Shown here: positions 19,550-30,556 of the stretch, piece after piece
Numbering within the stretch: position 1 is the stretch's first letter
How the letters are laid out: each line of letters starts with the position of its first letter
DNA from: Saprospirales bacterium
Lineage (GTDB): Bacteria > Bacteroidota > Bacteroidia > Chitinophagales > Saprospiraceae
DNA: 64,000 nt
Direction of reading: 5' to 3'
Assembly (NCBI GenBank): GCA_007695035.1
Contig: REEO01000025.1
Span: 329 to 64,328 of the forward strand
Program-made: the position numbers and the translations under genes
The notes under the pieces: model-generated
Database searches by the model: none
Told to the model about the DNA's origin: nothing
Seen by the model: the letters and a program-made list of their open reading frames with translations, nothing else

Positions 19550-20227
19550 ATGGCTGGCAGCATCAACAAACCGTATTTTATCGGAATCACAGGGGGCAGT
19601 GGTTCAGGAAAAACTACCTTTATCAGGGAACTGAGAAGGAAATTTCCCTCCGAATCGCTGTGCATCCTCTCTCAGGATGATTACTACCGGCCCAGAGACG
19701 AACAACAGGCCGATCCCCGCGGCATCAGAAATTTTGACCTTCCTGAATCCATTGACATCCGGAGACTGGAAAGAGATGTCAATCGCTTAGCGGAGGGTGA
19801 GACCATCACCAAAAAGGAATACACCTTCAACAACCCGGAAAAAGAACCGGGCATCCTGGTCTTTCACCCCGCTCCGATTATTGTACTCGAGGGACTGTTC
19901 GTATTCTATATCGAATCCATTTTCAAAAGGCTGGACTTGAAAATATTTATCCACGCCAAAGAAAATCTCAAGGTAATCAGGCGCATTAAAAGGGATCAGG
20001 TGGAGCGAAATTACCCACTGGAGGATGTGCTGTACAGATACCAGCACCACGTACTTCCGGCCTATGAAAAACACATCTTCCCCTTCATGGAAAAATCCGA
20101 TATCATCATCAACAACAACGACAGTTTTGATGCCGGACTCCGGGTGTTAGAGGGTTACATTTTTCACAAGCTGAACTTGATAAAATCCGCAAAAAAACCA
20201 GTGGAGTCGCGCGAAGTTGTGAAGTGA
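19550..20227 (+). CDS. udk: uridine kinase
   Basis: GITGGSGSGKTT, QDDYY, NFDLPES, RRIKRD; divergent from nupC. Confidence 0.9.
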   Translation: MAGSINKPYFIGITGGSGSGKTTFIRELRRKFPSESLCILSQDDYYRPRDEQQADPRGIRNFDLPESIDIRRLERDVNRLAEGETITKKEYTFNNPEKEPGILVFHPAPIIVLEGLFVFYIESIFKRLDLKIFIHAKENLKVIRRIKRDQVERNYPLEDVLYRYQHHVLPAYEKHIFPFMEKSDIIINNNDSFDAGLRVLEGYIFHKLNLIKSAKKPVESREVVK

Positions 20228-20258
20228 AATTCAAGGACTGTCACGGGTCGGTCTTTAA

Positions 20259-20546
20259 TTAGACAATCTCCTCTTCCTTCCCTCCGTCGGTTCCTCCCTC
20301 GCTTTCCTTCATCTGCAGCAGTGTCCTGCCCCAGAAATAGTGCATACCTTCAAAAATCCCTGCGATTTTTTCGTAGAGTTCGCTACCGGATTTGTTCAGT
20401 TCATCGTCCAGTACAGAGACAAATTCCTCGGGGACCGGATAGGATTGCTCGATGCCACGGTCTTTTATCTTCAGGGTGTATTTTTCGCCGTACTGAAACA
20501 GCTCGACTACATAGTGGGCATGCTTATAACTCTTTATCACTCTCAT
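20259..20546 (-). CDS. small hypothetical protein
   Basis: 95 aa, overlaps the upstream gene on the same strand. Confidence 0.7.
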   Translation of the reverse strand: MRVIKSYKHAHYVVELFQYGEKYTLKIKDRGIEQSYPVPEEFVSVLDDELNKSGSELYEKIAGIFEGMHYFWGRTLLQMKESEGGTDGGKEEEIV

Positions 20547-21318
20547 CGGTGGATAGTTTTTGAATGGATCGACTCAATTGTCGGTAAAGTGTTTTTAAAT
20601 CTTCGTCTTCCAAATTGCTGAGATGCTTTTGCAAGGTGGCTTTGTCACCCCTGATTGCCGGGCCTGTTTGGGCTTTGGCGGGATCCATCCTCAGCACCTT
20701 TTCAACGGTGGTTTGGATCAGCGGGTGTAAATAATCGAAAGGGATACCGCGCTTTTTCAGCATATCGGAGACCAGTGCCATCAGGTGATTGGTGAAATTA
20801 TTGGCAAAAACAGCGGCGAGGTGGAGGTGTTCCCGTATAAGATCGTCGTTTTTTACGGGACGTGCCCCGGCCTCTTCGGCCACTTTATGCAAAAAACGGC
20901 TCACCCTTTCCTGTCCGCTCTCAATGAAAACCGGAACTCCGGCCCAGTTGAAATCCTGGTCCCTCGAAAAGGAATTCAGGGGGTAAAAAATACCGTAGTT
21001 TGGTACCACGCCCTTCAGATGATTGGCCGGAAGGACGCCTGAGCTGTGTGAAACACAGGCGTTTTGGACCATTTTTTCGGGCAATTTGGTAGCGGCTGCT
21101 GCAATTTGGTCGTCCTTGACAGTCAGAAAGACCGTCTCGATGTCATTCGGCAGTTCGGCAATTGAGTTGACAAGGTGTAGATTTTTTTCAGCGCCGGATG
21201 CATTGGTTTTACGGTGGTAATTTCTACAAACCACAAAGGTTTGAATGCCCTGTCTCGACAGTTCTAAACTGAGGTGGTAACCTACATTTCCCCAGCCGAT
21301 GACAGCCACCTTGTACAT
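20524..21318 (-). CDS. Rossmann-like/DUF2520 oxidoreductase (PanG-like)
   Basis: IGWGNVG, LHLAAVFANNF, QTGPAIRGD. Confidence 0.9.
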   Translation of the reverse strand: MYKVAVIGWGNVGYHLSLELSRQGIQTFVVCRNYHRKTNASGAEKNLHLVNSIAELPNDIETVFLTVKDDQIAAAATKLPEKMVQNACVSHSSGVLPANHLKGVVPNYGIFYPLNSFSRDQDFNWAGVPVFIESGQERVSRFLHKVAEEAGARPVKNDDLIREHLHLAAVFANNFTNHLMALVSDMLKKRGIPFDYLHPLIQTTVEKVLRMDPAKAQTGPAIRGDKATLQKHLSNLEDEDLKTLYRQLSRSIQKLSTDESDKEL

Positions 21319-21324
21319 GGTAAG

Positions 21325-24144
21325 TTACATTTTGTTTCTAAGCCGGACGATCATTGCGAACAGCAGACCGATCATCATCATGAACGATCCCACCCAGAAG
21401 AAGTTCAGGCCTTCAAACCTGATGGCCTCCAGCACTATAAAGTCACTCCTGGGCACATTTTCGGCGATTTGAACCGGTAGATTTTGAATCTTCATGGGTT
21501 GTTCTGCCACCATAAAGGTCATTTTACCGGTATTCGGGTCAACCCTGGTAAAGCGGAAGTGCAGTCCCGCCTCGGGGACCATGGTTTTGAAATTGGACTG
21601 AATATTGTCCCTGATCATATACACGGGTTCTGTTCGATATTCGGCACCGGTTTCGGTATTGACCACTTCCAGGATGGCTGATAGGGCGATATCCCCATCT
21701 CGCTCGTCGTATGACGGATGCCATGGTTCCTGATTGACGTTTAAAAAGGTGATTTCGTATTCATCGTATTGGAAGCGGTCTCCCTGCGCAAGTTGGAATT
21801 CGGTATAATTCAGTTCTTTTTCCGTGTGAAAAAGGTCCTCAATCAGAGTATCAGCAAGGTGAATTCTCATGTTGAGGGGGTCGATTTGCTCCGGATACCT
21901 GAATACAAAGGAGCCCCTGAGTGCAATACCCGGCAGGGCGGTAAATGCACTGTCTTTATCAAGCGAGTGAACTCTCATTTTCAGTGTGAGTGCGATGTCG
22001 TCCTCGGCCGAACTCTCCTTATCGGGATGGAGTATGGAGTGATGGATTTCCTCCAGCACGATGTAGTGACGGCTGGTAAAGGTAGTATCCCCCAAATTCA
22101 TATAATAGGTCTCAAACTGGAGAGAGTCCTCTACGGCTTGAGCTGACTCCAGGTCTATCTGCTGGGCTGGAAGCCGGGCGATGCGCGTAAAAATATCGAT
22201 AAGTGGTTGTCGCCGGATATCCGGGTTGGCCGCTTCAATTTGGGTGAAGTTTTTGTCGTAAATCACGTTTGGACTCAGCACGAAACTGTCCACTCCGCGC
22301 CCCTCCTCGTCAATTTCCACAAAGCGAATATCAAAACTCCTTTCATTGCCGTCGAACCGATCAGATTCGTATGTGGCAATGTAACCGCGCATAAATATCG
22401 GCTCATTTTTTATGAGTACAATATTCCGCAGAAGATCTTCGTCTTCCATACCTTCCAGCATACCACTTTGGGCAAAAACATTGGAAGAGACGTAGGTCTT
22501 GTTAATCCCGGATGCCATAATTCCAATGATCATGGTGGCAAATCCAATATGTGCAATGGCAGAACCGGATGCCTTGAGATTGCCCCTTATCCTGAATAAG
22601 AGGTGGTCCATATTTACAATGAAGGCAAAAAGTGCGGCAAAGATTAATAGGATATATTGCCATGCAACAACCTGAATCCATTGGATGGTGGTCCAGGTCA
22701 GTAAAGCGGTGAGCAGCAAGGCGACCCCTGTCTGGGTGAAAAATTTCTTCCGGTAATTTACCCAGTTGGCTCCTCGATATCTGAGATAAATACTGATTCC
22801 CGACAGCAGCGCCATAAGTGTGGCTATCCACAACTGGTGAGCATTGTAGTGCTCTATGGGGTCCTCAACAACCCTGGATTGATAAAAGGGATCGAAAAAC
22901 TGCATGATGGCGTTCATCACCGGCAGGGAAGTGGAGTAGGTGATTAGTATCGAGCCAATTACAATAACCATACTGCCAATAAACATCCAAAATTCCCTGG
23001 AATTCCAATCCTCCTCTTTTTTCGGGTTGGGTATTTCTTTGTAGCGTATGAAAAAGAGGGTGAGACCCAGGATTAGGAAAAAGAGGATGAAGAATACGAG
23101 TTGATTCTCGAGACCCATCTCAGTAAATGCGTGTACGGAGGTGTCTTCAAGTATCCCACTTCTCACCAGATAAGTGGAATATACAATGAGGCAAAAGGCC
23201 AGTATGTAAAATACCATGGTGGCCCGGATTGAATGACCGGTGCTTTTGGCGATCAAATTGGTGTGTATCCCCGCAATGATGATAAGCCAGGGGACCAGCG
23301 ACATGTTTTCCACTGGATCCCACGCCCAGTATCCACCGAAGGTAAGCGCCTCATAGGCCCAAACAGAACCCAGTAGAATACCTGTTCCGAGTGCGAAGCC
23401 GGCGAAAAGTCCCCATTTCAGTCCGGGATCCAGCCAGCCCTTGTAATCCCTGCGCCAGAGACCAGCCAAAGCAAAGCAAAAGGGAATGGATAAGGCTGCA
23501 AAGCCCAAAAAAGTCACGGGCGGATGTATGGTCATCCAGTAATTCTGTAAAAGGATATTAAGACCGCTTCCGGTGATCAACTCCAGGTATTCTGCATTGG
23601 CGAAAATGGGTGCGTCCTGCACATCCCTCAACAATACAGTGGGATTGATGCCCAGCTTTGATCCCCCATCCCCAAACGGCAGGTAGGTACCCAGTATTTT
23701 TGAGGTGAGAAACACCTGTATCAGAGATAAAAAGGTCATAACCGCAGGCCTCCACTGTCCTCCCTTCCAAATTATAACCCATCCCAGTATGATGTGCCAA
23801 AACATCCACAGGAGAAAACTCCCCTCCTGACCTTCCCAAAAGGCCGAAAAGGTGTATTTAAAAGGCAGGTCATCGGATACGTGATTGAAGGCGTAGGCGT
23901 ATTCGTACATGCGATTGAGCATGATGTAAAAAATAACAGCCATCAAACCGAAAATGGACACACCGTGAATCACATAGGACCAATTGGCTGTTCCAAGCCA
24001 GTTTGAAGCCGGATTTTCACGCTCTTTTTCTGCCAGAAAGTAAGCAATGGTTGCTCCTATTGCACTTACAAAGGAGATTATTATCAACAAGTGCCCCAAC
24101 TGGCCTGGCCAGAGGGTTTCACCAATGTATTGTATTTCGCTCAT
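21325..24144 (-). CDS. ccmF: cytochrome c heme lyase CcmF
   Basis: WEGQEGSFLLW, IHPP, WAYEALTFGGYWAWDPVEN (WWD domain), SVHAF. Confidence 0.93.
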   Translation of the reverse strand: MSEIQYIGETLWPGQLGHLLIIISFVSAIGATIAYFLAEKERENPASNWLGTANWSYVIHGVSIFGLMAVIFYIMLNRMYEYAYAFNHVSDDLPFKYTFSAFWEGQEGSFLLWMFWHIILGWVIIWKGGQWRPAVMTFLSLIQVFLTSKILGTYLPFGDGGSKLGINPTVLLRDVQDAPIFANAEYLELITGSGLNILLQNYWMTIHPPVTFLGFAALSIPFCFALAGLWRRDYKGWLDPGLKWGLFAGFALGTGILLGSVWAYEALTFGGYWAWDPVENMSLVPWLIIIAGIHTNLIAKSTGHSIRATMVFYILAFCLIVYSTYLVRSGILEDTSVHAFTEMGLENQLVFFILFFLILGLTLFFIRYKEIPNPKKEEDWNSREFWMFIGSMVIVIGSILITYSTSLPVMNAIMQFFDPFYQSRVVEDPIEHYNAHQLWIATLMALLSGISIYLRYRGANWVNYRKKFFTQTGVALLLTALLTWTTIQWIQVVAWQYILLIFAALFAFIVNMDHLLFRIRGNLKASGSAIAHIGFATMIIGIMASGINKTYVSSNVFAQSGMLEGMEDEDLLRNIVLIKNEPIFMRGYIATYESDRFDGNERSFDIRFVEIDEEGRGVDSFVLSPNVIYDKNFTQIEAANPDIRRQPLIDIFTRIARLPAQQIDLESAQAVEDSLQFETYYMNLGDTTFTSRHYIVLEEIHHSILHPDKESSAEDDIALTLKMRVHSLDKDSAFTALPGIALRGSFVFRYPEQIDPLNMRIHLADTLIEDLFHTEKELNYTEFQLAQGDRFQYDEYEITFLNVNQEPWHPSYDERDGDIALSAILEVVNTETGAEYRTEPVYMIRDNIQSNFKTMVPEAGLHFRFTRVDPNTGKMTFMVAEQPMKIQNLPVQIAENVPRSDFIVLEAIRFEGLNFFWVGSFMMMIGLLFAMIVRLRNKM

Positions 24145-24153
24145 TAGATGGGA

Positions 24154-24552
24154 TTAGATTTCTGATCTGACGAAAATTTCATCGTCCTGATACTTGCTGG
24201 GACATTTCATCAGCATTTCTCGCGCTACAAAAATGCCATCCCTGAATCGACCTGTTAGCACGAGCTGTTCAGACATTTCAAAGTCCTGGGGTTTTTCACT
24301 CAGCAATACAACCATGCGCTCATCACCCTCCTCATCTGTCATGTAAAAAGTAAAGCGGTTGGGGTCAATTTCCGGATTGTAAACCATCTCCTTGTCCTTT
24401 GAGAGTTGGCCGATTATTTTTATGTTTCTTTCATCTTCCAGCAGCTCGGCCTCTGCAAAGGTGTAATAAGTGCCAAAATCAGTGCTGGTAATGACAAAGA
24501 GGAGAACCGCTCCTGCCATCAAAAGTCCTGCTACTATGTGGATCTTTTTCAT
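24154..24552 (-). CDS. ccmE: heme chaperone CcmE, CxxxY type
   Basis: N-terminal TM helix, C-terminal KCPSKY, adjacent to ccmF. Confidence 0.92.
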   Translation of the reverse strand: MKKIHIVAGLLMAGAVLLFVITSTDFGTYYTFAEAELLEDERNIKIIGQLSKDKEMVYNPEIDPNRFTFYMTDEEGDERMVVLLSEKPQDFEMSEQLVLTGRFRDGIFVAREMLMKCPSKYQDDEIFVRSEI

Positions 24553-24989
24553 CTCTTTATATTTTCTATCAAAAATTTGACGGGAGGCCCCTTCACTTCA
24601 ACCAATTTCCTCGCTCCCCTTTTATCTCGCGGTTTAAGACCGTTTGTTGTAAATTCACTGTCTGTCAAAAACCCGTACTAAAACTTTTTAGCGTACTGTG
24701 AAATGGACCAACATAATCAATAGTTATATTGTGGGTTTAATTAATATATCGTATCTTTATACAAAATTACGACTTGTACCTCATTTTTTAGAGGAAAACG
24801 GCTTTTTTCGGTGCTTATTGGCAGCCGGGCCAACAATGGGTTTCCAAAGCAAATTCGCAATCTTTATGACCCGCTGTAATTAAATACTGTTGGGGTGATT
24901 TTTTGAGTAGGTTTTTTTGGTTTCCGCCCCGTTTTGTGTCCGTGGATATTGATTGCACAGAAAGTGTTAAAATGAAACTGTCTTGACAA

Positions 24990-25670
24990 ATGCTTGATAA
25001 CACACCTTACGTCATTGATCTTTTGGGATTGGATTTGTACTACGGAGACATCCCCGTATTGACGGACATCAACTTTAAGCTGTCCCGTTCTGAATTCGCC
25101 TACCTGGTGGGATTTACCGGCAGTGGAAAAACCACCTTTTTGCGATGTCTTTATGGCGCACAACCTGTTCACCGTGGCAAGGCTTTTGTCACCGGAGTGG
25201 ATCTGAGCAAGTTGAAGCCTTCGCAGTTGCACAAATACAGGAGAAAGATCGGCATGGTGTTCCAGGATTTTAAATTGCTTCCCGATCTTACTGGCGCCCA
25301 GAATCTTAACTTCGTGCTCAGGGCAACCAGATATCCTCGCCCTAAAAGAAAGGCCCGTATCAAAGAAGTTATGGAATGGGTAGGCCTTGAACACAAAATC
25401 GGTGCCTATCCGCCAATGATGTCCGGAGGAGAACAGCAGCGCCTCGCTATTGCCCGCGCTATTCTAAATGACCCGCAGCTGATCATTGCTGATGAGCCCA
25501 CAGGCAACCTTGACCCCTTTATGACGGATGAAATTATGTACTTGTTCAGCAGATTAAACAAAGAAATGGGGACAGCCATATTGCTGGCAACCCATGATTA
25601 TCGTGTATTGGATAAATTCCCAGCCCGGGTGGTCAAACTGGAAGGCGGAGTGCTGAAGAATGAAAATTGA
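24990..25670 (+). CDS. ftsE: FtsE-like ABC ATPase
   Basis: GFTGSGKT, RRKIGMVFQDFKLL, SGGEQQR, ADEPTGNLDP. Confidence 0.82.
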   Translation: MLDNTPYVIDLLGLDLYYGDIPVLTDINFKLSRSEFAYLVGFTGSGKTTFLRCLYGAQPVHRGKAFVTGVDLSKLKPSQLHKYRRKIGMVFQDFKLLPDLTGAQNLNFVLRATRYPRPKRKARIKEVMEWVGLEHKIGAYPPMMSGGEQQRLAIARAILNDPQLIIADEPTGNLDPFMTDEIMYLFSRLNKEMGTAILLATHDYRVLDKFPARVVKLEGGVLKNEN

Positions 25671-25988
25671 CCAACCGGATTGGCCGGTGAGAGCAAAAAT
25701 ATTATATACACTCACTTTCTTGCATTTTGCTGCGCAATTATTCTCTGGGTATTATTTGCAGGTGAAGTTGTTCTGTTTGCCTATAATTTGAGCTACAGGT
25801 TGGGGAGGAATAAAGATTTCACACTTTTGGCATATTAAAGTTTAATTATGGATAATAATCAGTATTTCAATTAGATGTATTTGAGGGCTAAATTCCTGTG
25901 TTATCAGTGCGTCATAAAAAAGTTAATTTATCAAAAAAAAGATTTGTAACTCAAATGTTTTCATAACTTTAGGCCAAAATAACATGCT

Positions 25989-26459
25989 ATGAATTGGCGA
26001 AGACTCAATGGAATGCAATTGGACCTGCCCATCAGGGAAGAGGTAGAGAAAACCATTAAAGAGGAGATTGAAAAGGGGTTTAGACTGAAGGTCTGTATCG
26101 GTACAGACAGTCGTGTCAAGGTGGATTCCATCGAGTTTGCCACCGTGATTGTCTTTTTGAGAGAGCACCGGGGCGGCTTTATGTTTATTAGTAATTTCAA
26201 CCAAAAGGGACAGATGTCTGTCAAGGAGCGGATGATCAATGAAGTGGCCAGGTCCGTCGAAGTTGCTTACAACCTTTGTGAGCTTTTTGATCGATACAAT
26301 GTAGAACTGGAAATACATGCCGACATCAACACAGACCCCGGCTTTCAATCCAATTCTGCCTTAAGGGACGCCATGGGTTATGTAATGAGTATGGGTTTTG
26401 TGTTCAAAGCCAAACCCGATGCCTTTGCCAGCAGCTGCTGTGCCGATAAAATGGTGTAA
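25989..26459 (+). CDS. RNase H-like YkuK (DUF458) family protein
   Basis: VCIGTDS, EIHADIN, KPDAFASSCCAD. Confidence 0.85.
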   Translation: MNWRRLNGMQLDLPIREEVEKTIKEEIEKGFRLKVCIGTDSRVKVDSIEFATVIVFLREHRGGFMFISNFNQKGQMSVKERMINEVARSVEVAYNLCELFDRYNVELEIHADINTDPGFQSNSALRDAMGYVMSMGFVFKAKPDAFASSCCADKMV

Positions 26460-26983
26460 TGCTAGCGGGTCCTCAATTGTAGCCGAAGTTTCGGACCTAG
26501 TAAATCAGGATAAAGGAATTGCAGGTTTTTATCTATCAACCACCAATCCCGCAATACTTTAGATGCGCAATGCCATAAGTATTTATATGCCCCTGAAATA
26601 CATTCTTCATCTTCAATACCAAATTTCTAATTAACTATTAAATTGGAGATATTAACTGTGCGGATTAGAGAGCAAAAAGCTTATAGTAAGCAAAGTCCAT
26701 TTGGAATAGGTAATATATGAGGGATTTTAATCCAGCTTTACGAATGTCGTATCAAGAAAAATTAGTTTCTCGCAACGAAGTTATTAATTGAAGTGCACAA
26801 TGAAGATCCGAAGGCCGGGTAGTAATCATTAATTTATATCTGTATCATTAAACAGTTTGCGGTGATTTTGTAGAGCAAAAACAATAATTGGTCTAAATCT
26901 ATGCGAATAATTCGTGATTATTTCGTTATTTTGCAATGAAATAAACTGATATTCAGAATATTAACATTAAAAAAAGATTTAAT

Positions 26984-28306
26984 ATGAAAAACGTTTTGTT
27001 TGCATTGGTCTTCCTTCTTGTGGGATCCTCCATGGCCCTGGCACAAAGACCGGCCATTGAATTTGAGGAGTACACCCTCGATAACGGACTTCATGTGATA
27101 CTGCACCAGGACAACACCACTCCGGTGGTTGCGGTGAATGTGATGTATCATGTGGGTTCCAAAAATGAAACCCCCGATCGTACTGGTTTTGCTCACTTTT
27201 TTGAGCACTTGATGTTTCAGGGTACAGAGCACATCGGAAGGGGTGAATTTTCAGAGATAGTTGAGAAGGCAGGTGGTTCACTCAATGCCTGGACGAGTTT
27301 TGACATCACCAATTATTTTGTGTTGATGCCATCCAATCAGTTGGAGCTCGGTCTGTGGTTGGAGTCCGAGCGAATGCTTCACCCTGTGGTGGATTCTATT
27401 GGTGTAGCCATTGAAAAAGATGTGGTTACAGAGGAGATGAAGCAAACTCGTGACAACAGACCCTATGGTAGAATTTTAACTGAAACCATAAAGAGGGCAT
27501 TCAGTGAGCATCCCTATCAGTGGGATGTACTGGGTAAGGATGAACACATAAGAAATGCAGAGGTACATGAGTTCGCTGAATTTCACAGGATGTTTTACGT
27601 GCCTAACAATGCAGTACTCGTAGTTGCTGGTGACATTGACATCGATGAGACAAAGAGAATGATTGATGATTATTTTGGTGACATACCAAGGGGTGAGCAG
27701 GAGATTAGGAGACCTGAGGTGGTAGAGCCCCCGCTTACTTATGAAAAGAGAGATACAGTCTATGACAATATCCAGCTACCGGCTATAATCCACGCCTACC
27801 AAATCCCCGCGATGGGAGAGCCTGACTACTATGCTGTGGATATGTTGGGAAATCTTCTATCCAGCGGACAGAGTAGCCGTTTGTACAGGTCGCTTGTAAT
27901 TGAGCAGGAGTTGGCACTGACAGTCCAGGCTATTCCACTCGGTCTGGAAGACCCGGGATTGTTCATTATTTTTGCCCTGCCCAATATGGGTGTTGACATT
28001 GCAGACCTGGAGGCGGCCATTGATGCCGAGGTCGATAAAGTTCGTCAGGAGATGATAACTGCTGAAGAACTTCAAAAACTTTACAATCAGTTTGAAACCC
28101 AGAAGGTAGGAGACAATACTACCATGGGAAGACTGGCTTCTAATTTGGCCAGCCTTCATCTAATGCACGGTGATGCCAATTTGATCAATACCGAGATTGA
28201 TCGTTACATGGCGATCACCAAAGAGGATTTGAATCGCGCAGCCATTGAGTTCTTCAACCCGGATCGCAGAGTTGTAATTTATTACCTACCTAAACCAACA
28301 AATTAA
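26984..28306 (+). CDS. M16 zinc peptidase, catalytic subunit
   Basis: Signal peptide, HFFEH (HxxEH), NAWTSFD. Confidence 0.93.
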   Translation: MKNVLFALVFLLVGSSMALAQRPAIEFEEYTLDNGLHVILHQDNTTPVVAVNVMYHVGSKNETPDRTGFAHFFEHLMFQGTEHIGRGEFSEIVEKAGGSLNAWTSFDITNYFVLMPSNQLELGLWLESERMLHPVVDSIGVAIEKDVVTEEMKQTRDNRPYGRILTETIKRAFSEHPYQWDVLGKDEHIRNAEVHEFAEFHRMFYVPNNAVLVVAGDIDIDETKRMIDDYFGDIPRGEQEIRRPEVVEPPLTYEKRDTVYDNIQLPAIIHAYQIPAMGEPDYYAVDMLGNLLSSGQSSRLYRSLVIEQELALTVQAIPLGLEDPGLFIIFALPNMGVDIADLEAAIDAEVDKVRQEMITAEELQKLYNQFETQKVGDNTTMGRLASNLASLHLMHGDANLINTEIDRYMAITKEDLNRAAIEFFNPDRRVVIYYLPKPTN

Positions 28307-28374
28307 TACGATTTTTCCATATAAAAATATATGTAAGGATTGTTCATAAAATGTTTAACTGAAATAATATCAAA

Positions 28375-30456
28375 ATGAAGAATATAATTATAATATTTGC
28401 GGCGGTATTTGCTTTTGGCGGTACTCTTGCAGCACAAATTGACCGGTCTGTCCAGCCCGAGCCCGGACCGGCTCCAACCATACAAATTGGCGAGTATGAT
28501 GCCTTTACAATGGATAATGGCCTAAGGGTTATTGTGGTGGAAAATGAACGAAGCCCTCGTATCAGTTTCAATCTAACCCTGAATATTGATCCTGTGATGG
28601 AGGGTGATGCTGCCGGCTATGTCTCTATGTTTGGATCACAATTGAGATCGGGTACAACAAACAGGGATAAAGCAACTCTGGACAATGAAATTGATTTTAT
28701 AGGTGCAAGTCTTTCCGCATCCTCAAGAGGGGTATTCGGTAGTGCACTTGCCAGGCATTCAGAGACTTTGATGGAATTGATGGCAGATGTTTTGCAGAAT
28801 CCCACTTTTCCACAGGAAGAGCTGGACAGAGCAATAACCCAGTCTAAATCAGGATTGTCCACTGTTCCTACCGATGCACAAGCCATCGTTAGCAACCTCT
28901 CATCGGCCATTCTCTTTCCCAACCACCCCTACGGAGAAGTAATGACAGAGGAAACCATTGAAAACATTACCAGAGACCATATCGTGGATTATTACAATAC
29001 CTACTTCAAGCCCAATGTTGGCTTCCTGGTAATTGTAGGAAATATCAATGTGGAGGAGGCCAAAGAACTCACCCAGCGCTTTCTCGGTGATTGGGTGGGT
29101 GGTGAGGTCCCATCGCATAAGTACGAGACTCCCCAACCTCCGGATGGGCTGAGAGTTTCTTTTGCCAATCGACCTGGAGCGGTGCAGTCAGTTTTCAGAG
29201 TTGCATATCCCGTAGAACTCACCCCCGGTCATCCCGATGCCATTAAGGCAAGCGTGATGAACAGTATTCTCGGTGGAGGCGTGTTCTCCGGCAGACTAAT
29301 GCAAAATCTGCGTGAGGACAAGGGATATACTTATGGAGCCAGATCTCGCCTCAGTACGGATCGATTGGTTGGTACTTTTTCGGCCGGAGCAGAAGTAGGA
29401 AATAATGTTACCGATAGTGCCATAGTAGAAGTACTCTACGAAATGGAGCGAATGGTCAATGAACCGGTGGATGAGAGAAGCCTCGAGCTCATAAAAAACT
29501 TTATGAACGGAAGCTTTGCCCGTTCTCTTGAAAGTCCGCAAACGGTTGCTCGATTTGCACTCAATATAGAGCGTTTTAACCTGCCTGAGGACTACTATGC
29601 TACCTACCTTGAGAGATTGATGGCCGTAACTGCTGATGACGTTCAGGAGATGGCCAGGAAATATATCAAACCCGGGAATGCCCACATTCTGGTGGCTGGT
29701 AATGAAGATGAAATCCCTGAAAGACTGTTGAGGTTTGCCTACGATGGAAAGGTCCACTTTTACGATGCCTTTGCCCGGCCCGTCGAAAAAAGCGATGTGG
29801 AACTGGATGAGAGCGTAACTGCAGAATGGGTCATCTCTCAATACATAAATGCAATCGGTGGAAAAGATGCCATCAATGCCATTGAGGATGTTACCATGGT
29901 TAGAACTGCTGAAATGATGGGTTCCACAATTAAAGAAACCACCAGGAAAATGGCCCCTTATAAAATGGTCATGGAATTGGAGATGGGTGGTAACCTTATG
30001 CAAAAAGAAGTCTTTGACGGAGAAGCAGGCTATACCTCTGCCATGGGTCAAAAAATGCCCACCGCTGATAGCGATATCGAAGGACAGCGCCAGCGAGCCA
30101 AAATTGTAAGGGAACTCTCGTATCTGGATGGCGATGCACAAATGGAATTGAGAGGTGTGGAGCGGATAGAAGGAAATGATGTGTACCGGATTAGAGTAAC
30201 CAACGACGATGGGACGATCGTGGATGAATACTACGATATGGAGACCTTCCTTAAGGTGAGAGAATCGGTTACCCTGGAGCAAATGGGGCAAACCCAGACC
30301 ATCACCACTGATTTTCACGATTATAAAGAAGTCTCCGGTGTGTATTTCCCTTACAAGGTTTCAGTGTCCGGAGTGGGACCGATGCCTATTGAAATGGAAA
30401 CTGAGAAATTGGAAGTCAATACCGGTCTTGATCCGGAATTGTTTTCTGTAGAATAA
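28375..30456 (+). CDS. M16 peptidase non-catalytic subunit with extra C-terminal domain
   Basis: No HxxEH; NLREDKGYTYG; ~220-aa tail containing YINAIGGKDA. Confidence 0.9.
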   Translation: MKNIIIIFAAVFAFGGTLAAQIDRSVQPEPGPAPTIQIGEYDAFTMDNGLRVIVVENERSPRISFNLTLNIDPVMEGDAAGYVSMFGSQLRSGTTNRDKATLDNEIDFIGASLSASSRGVFGSALARHSETLMELMADVLQNPTFPQEELDRAITQSKSGLSTVPTDAQAIVSNLSSAILFPNHPYGEVMTEETIENITRDHIVDYYNTYFKPNVGFLVIVGNINVEEAKELTQRFLGDWVGGEVPSHKYETPQPPDGLRVSFANRPGAVQSVFRVAYPVELTPGHPDAIKASVMNSILGGGVFSGRLMQNLREDKGYTYGARSRLSTDRLVGTFSAGAEVGNNVTDSAIVEVLYEMERMVNEPVDERSLELIKNFMNGSFARSLESPQTVARFALNIERFNLPEDYYATYLERLMAVTADDVQEMARKYIKPGNAHILVAGNEDEIPERLLRFAYDGKVHFYDAFARPVEKSDVELDESVTAEWVISQYINAIGGKDAINAIEDVTMVRTAEMMGSTIKETTRKMAPYKMVMELEMGGNLMQKEVFDGEAGYTSAMGQKMPTADSDIEGQRQRAKIVRELSYLDGDAQMELRGVERIEGNDVYRIRVTNDDGTIVDEYYDMETFLKVRESVTLEQMGQTQTITTDFHDYKEVSGVYFPYKVSVSGVGPMPIEMETEKLEVNTGLDPELFSVE

Positions 30457-30478
30457 TACGTCATAACTAATATTGCCG

Positions 30479-30535
30479 GTGGAGCAATGGGTTACTATCC
30501 TTATCAAAATCAGGATAACCGGTTGCTCCACTTTT
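30479..30535 (+). terminator. long hairpin terminator
   Basis: gtggagcaa/ttgctccac outer stem, tatcct/aggata inner stem, then tttt. Confidence 0.6.
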
Positions 30536-30556
30536 AATTTCTAATACTCCTTAATT

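Noticed and set aside
26460..26983. 520-bp AT-rich intergenic gap
   Set aside because: No convincing ORF, repeat or stable structure seen.
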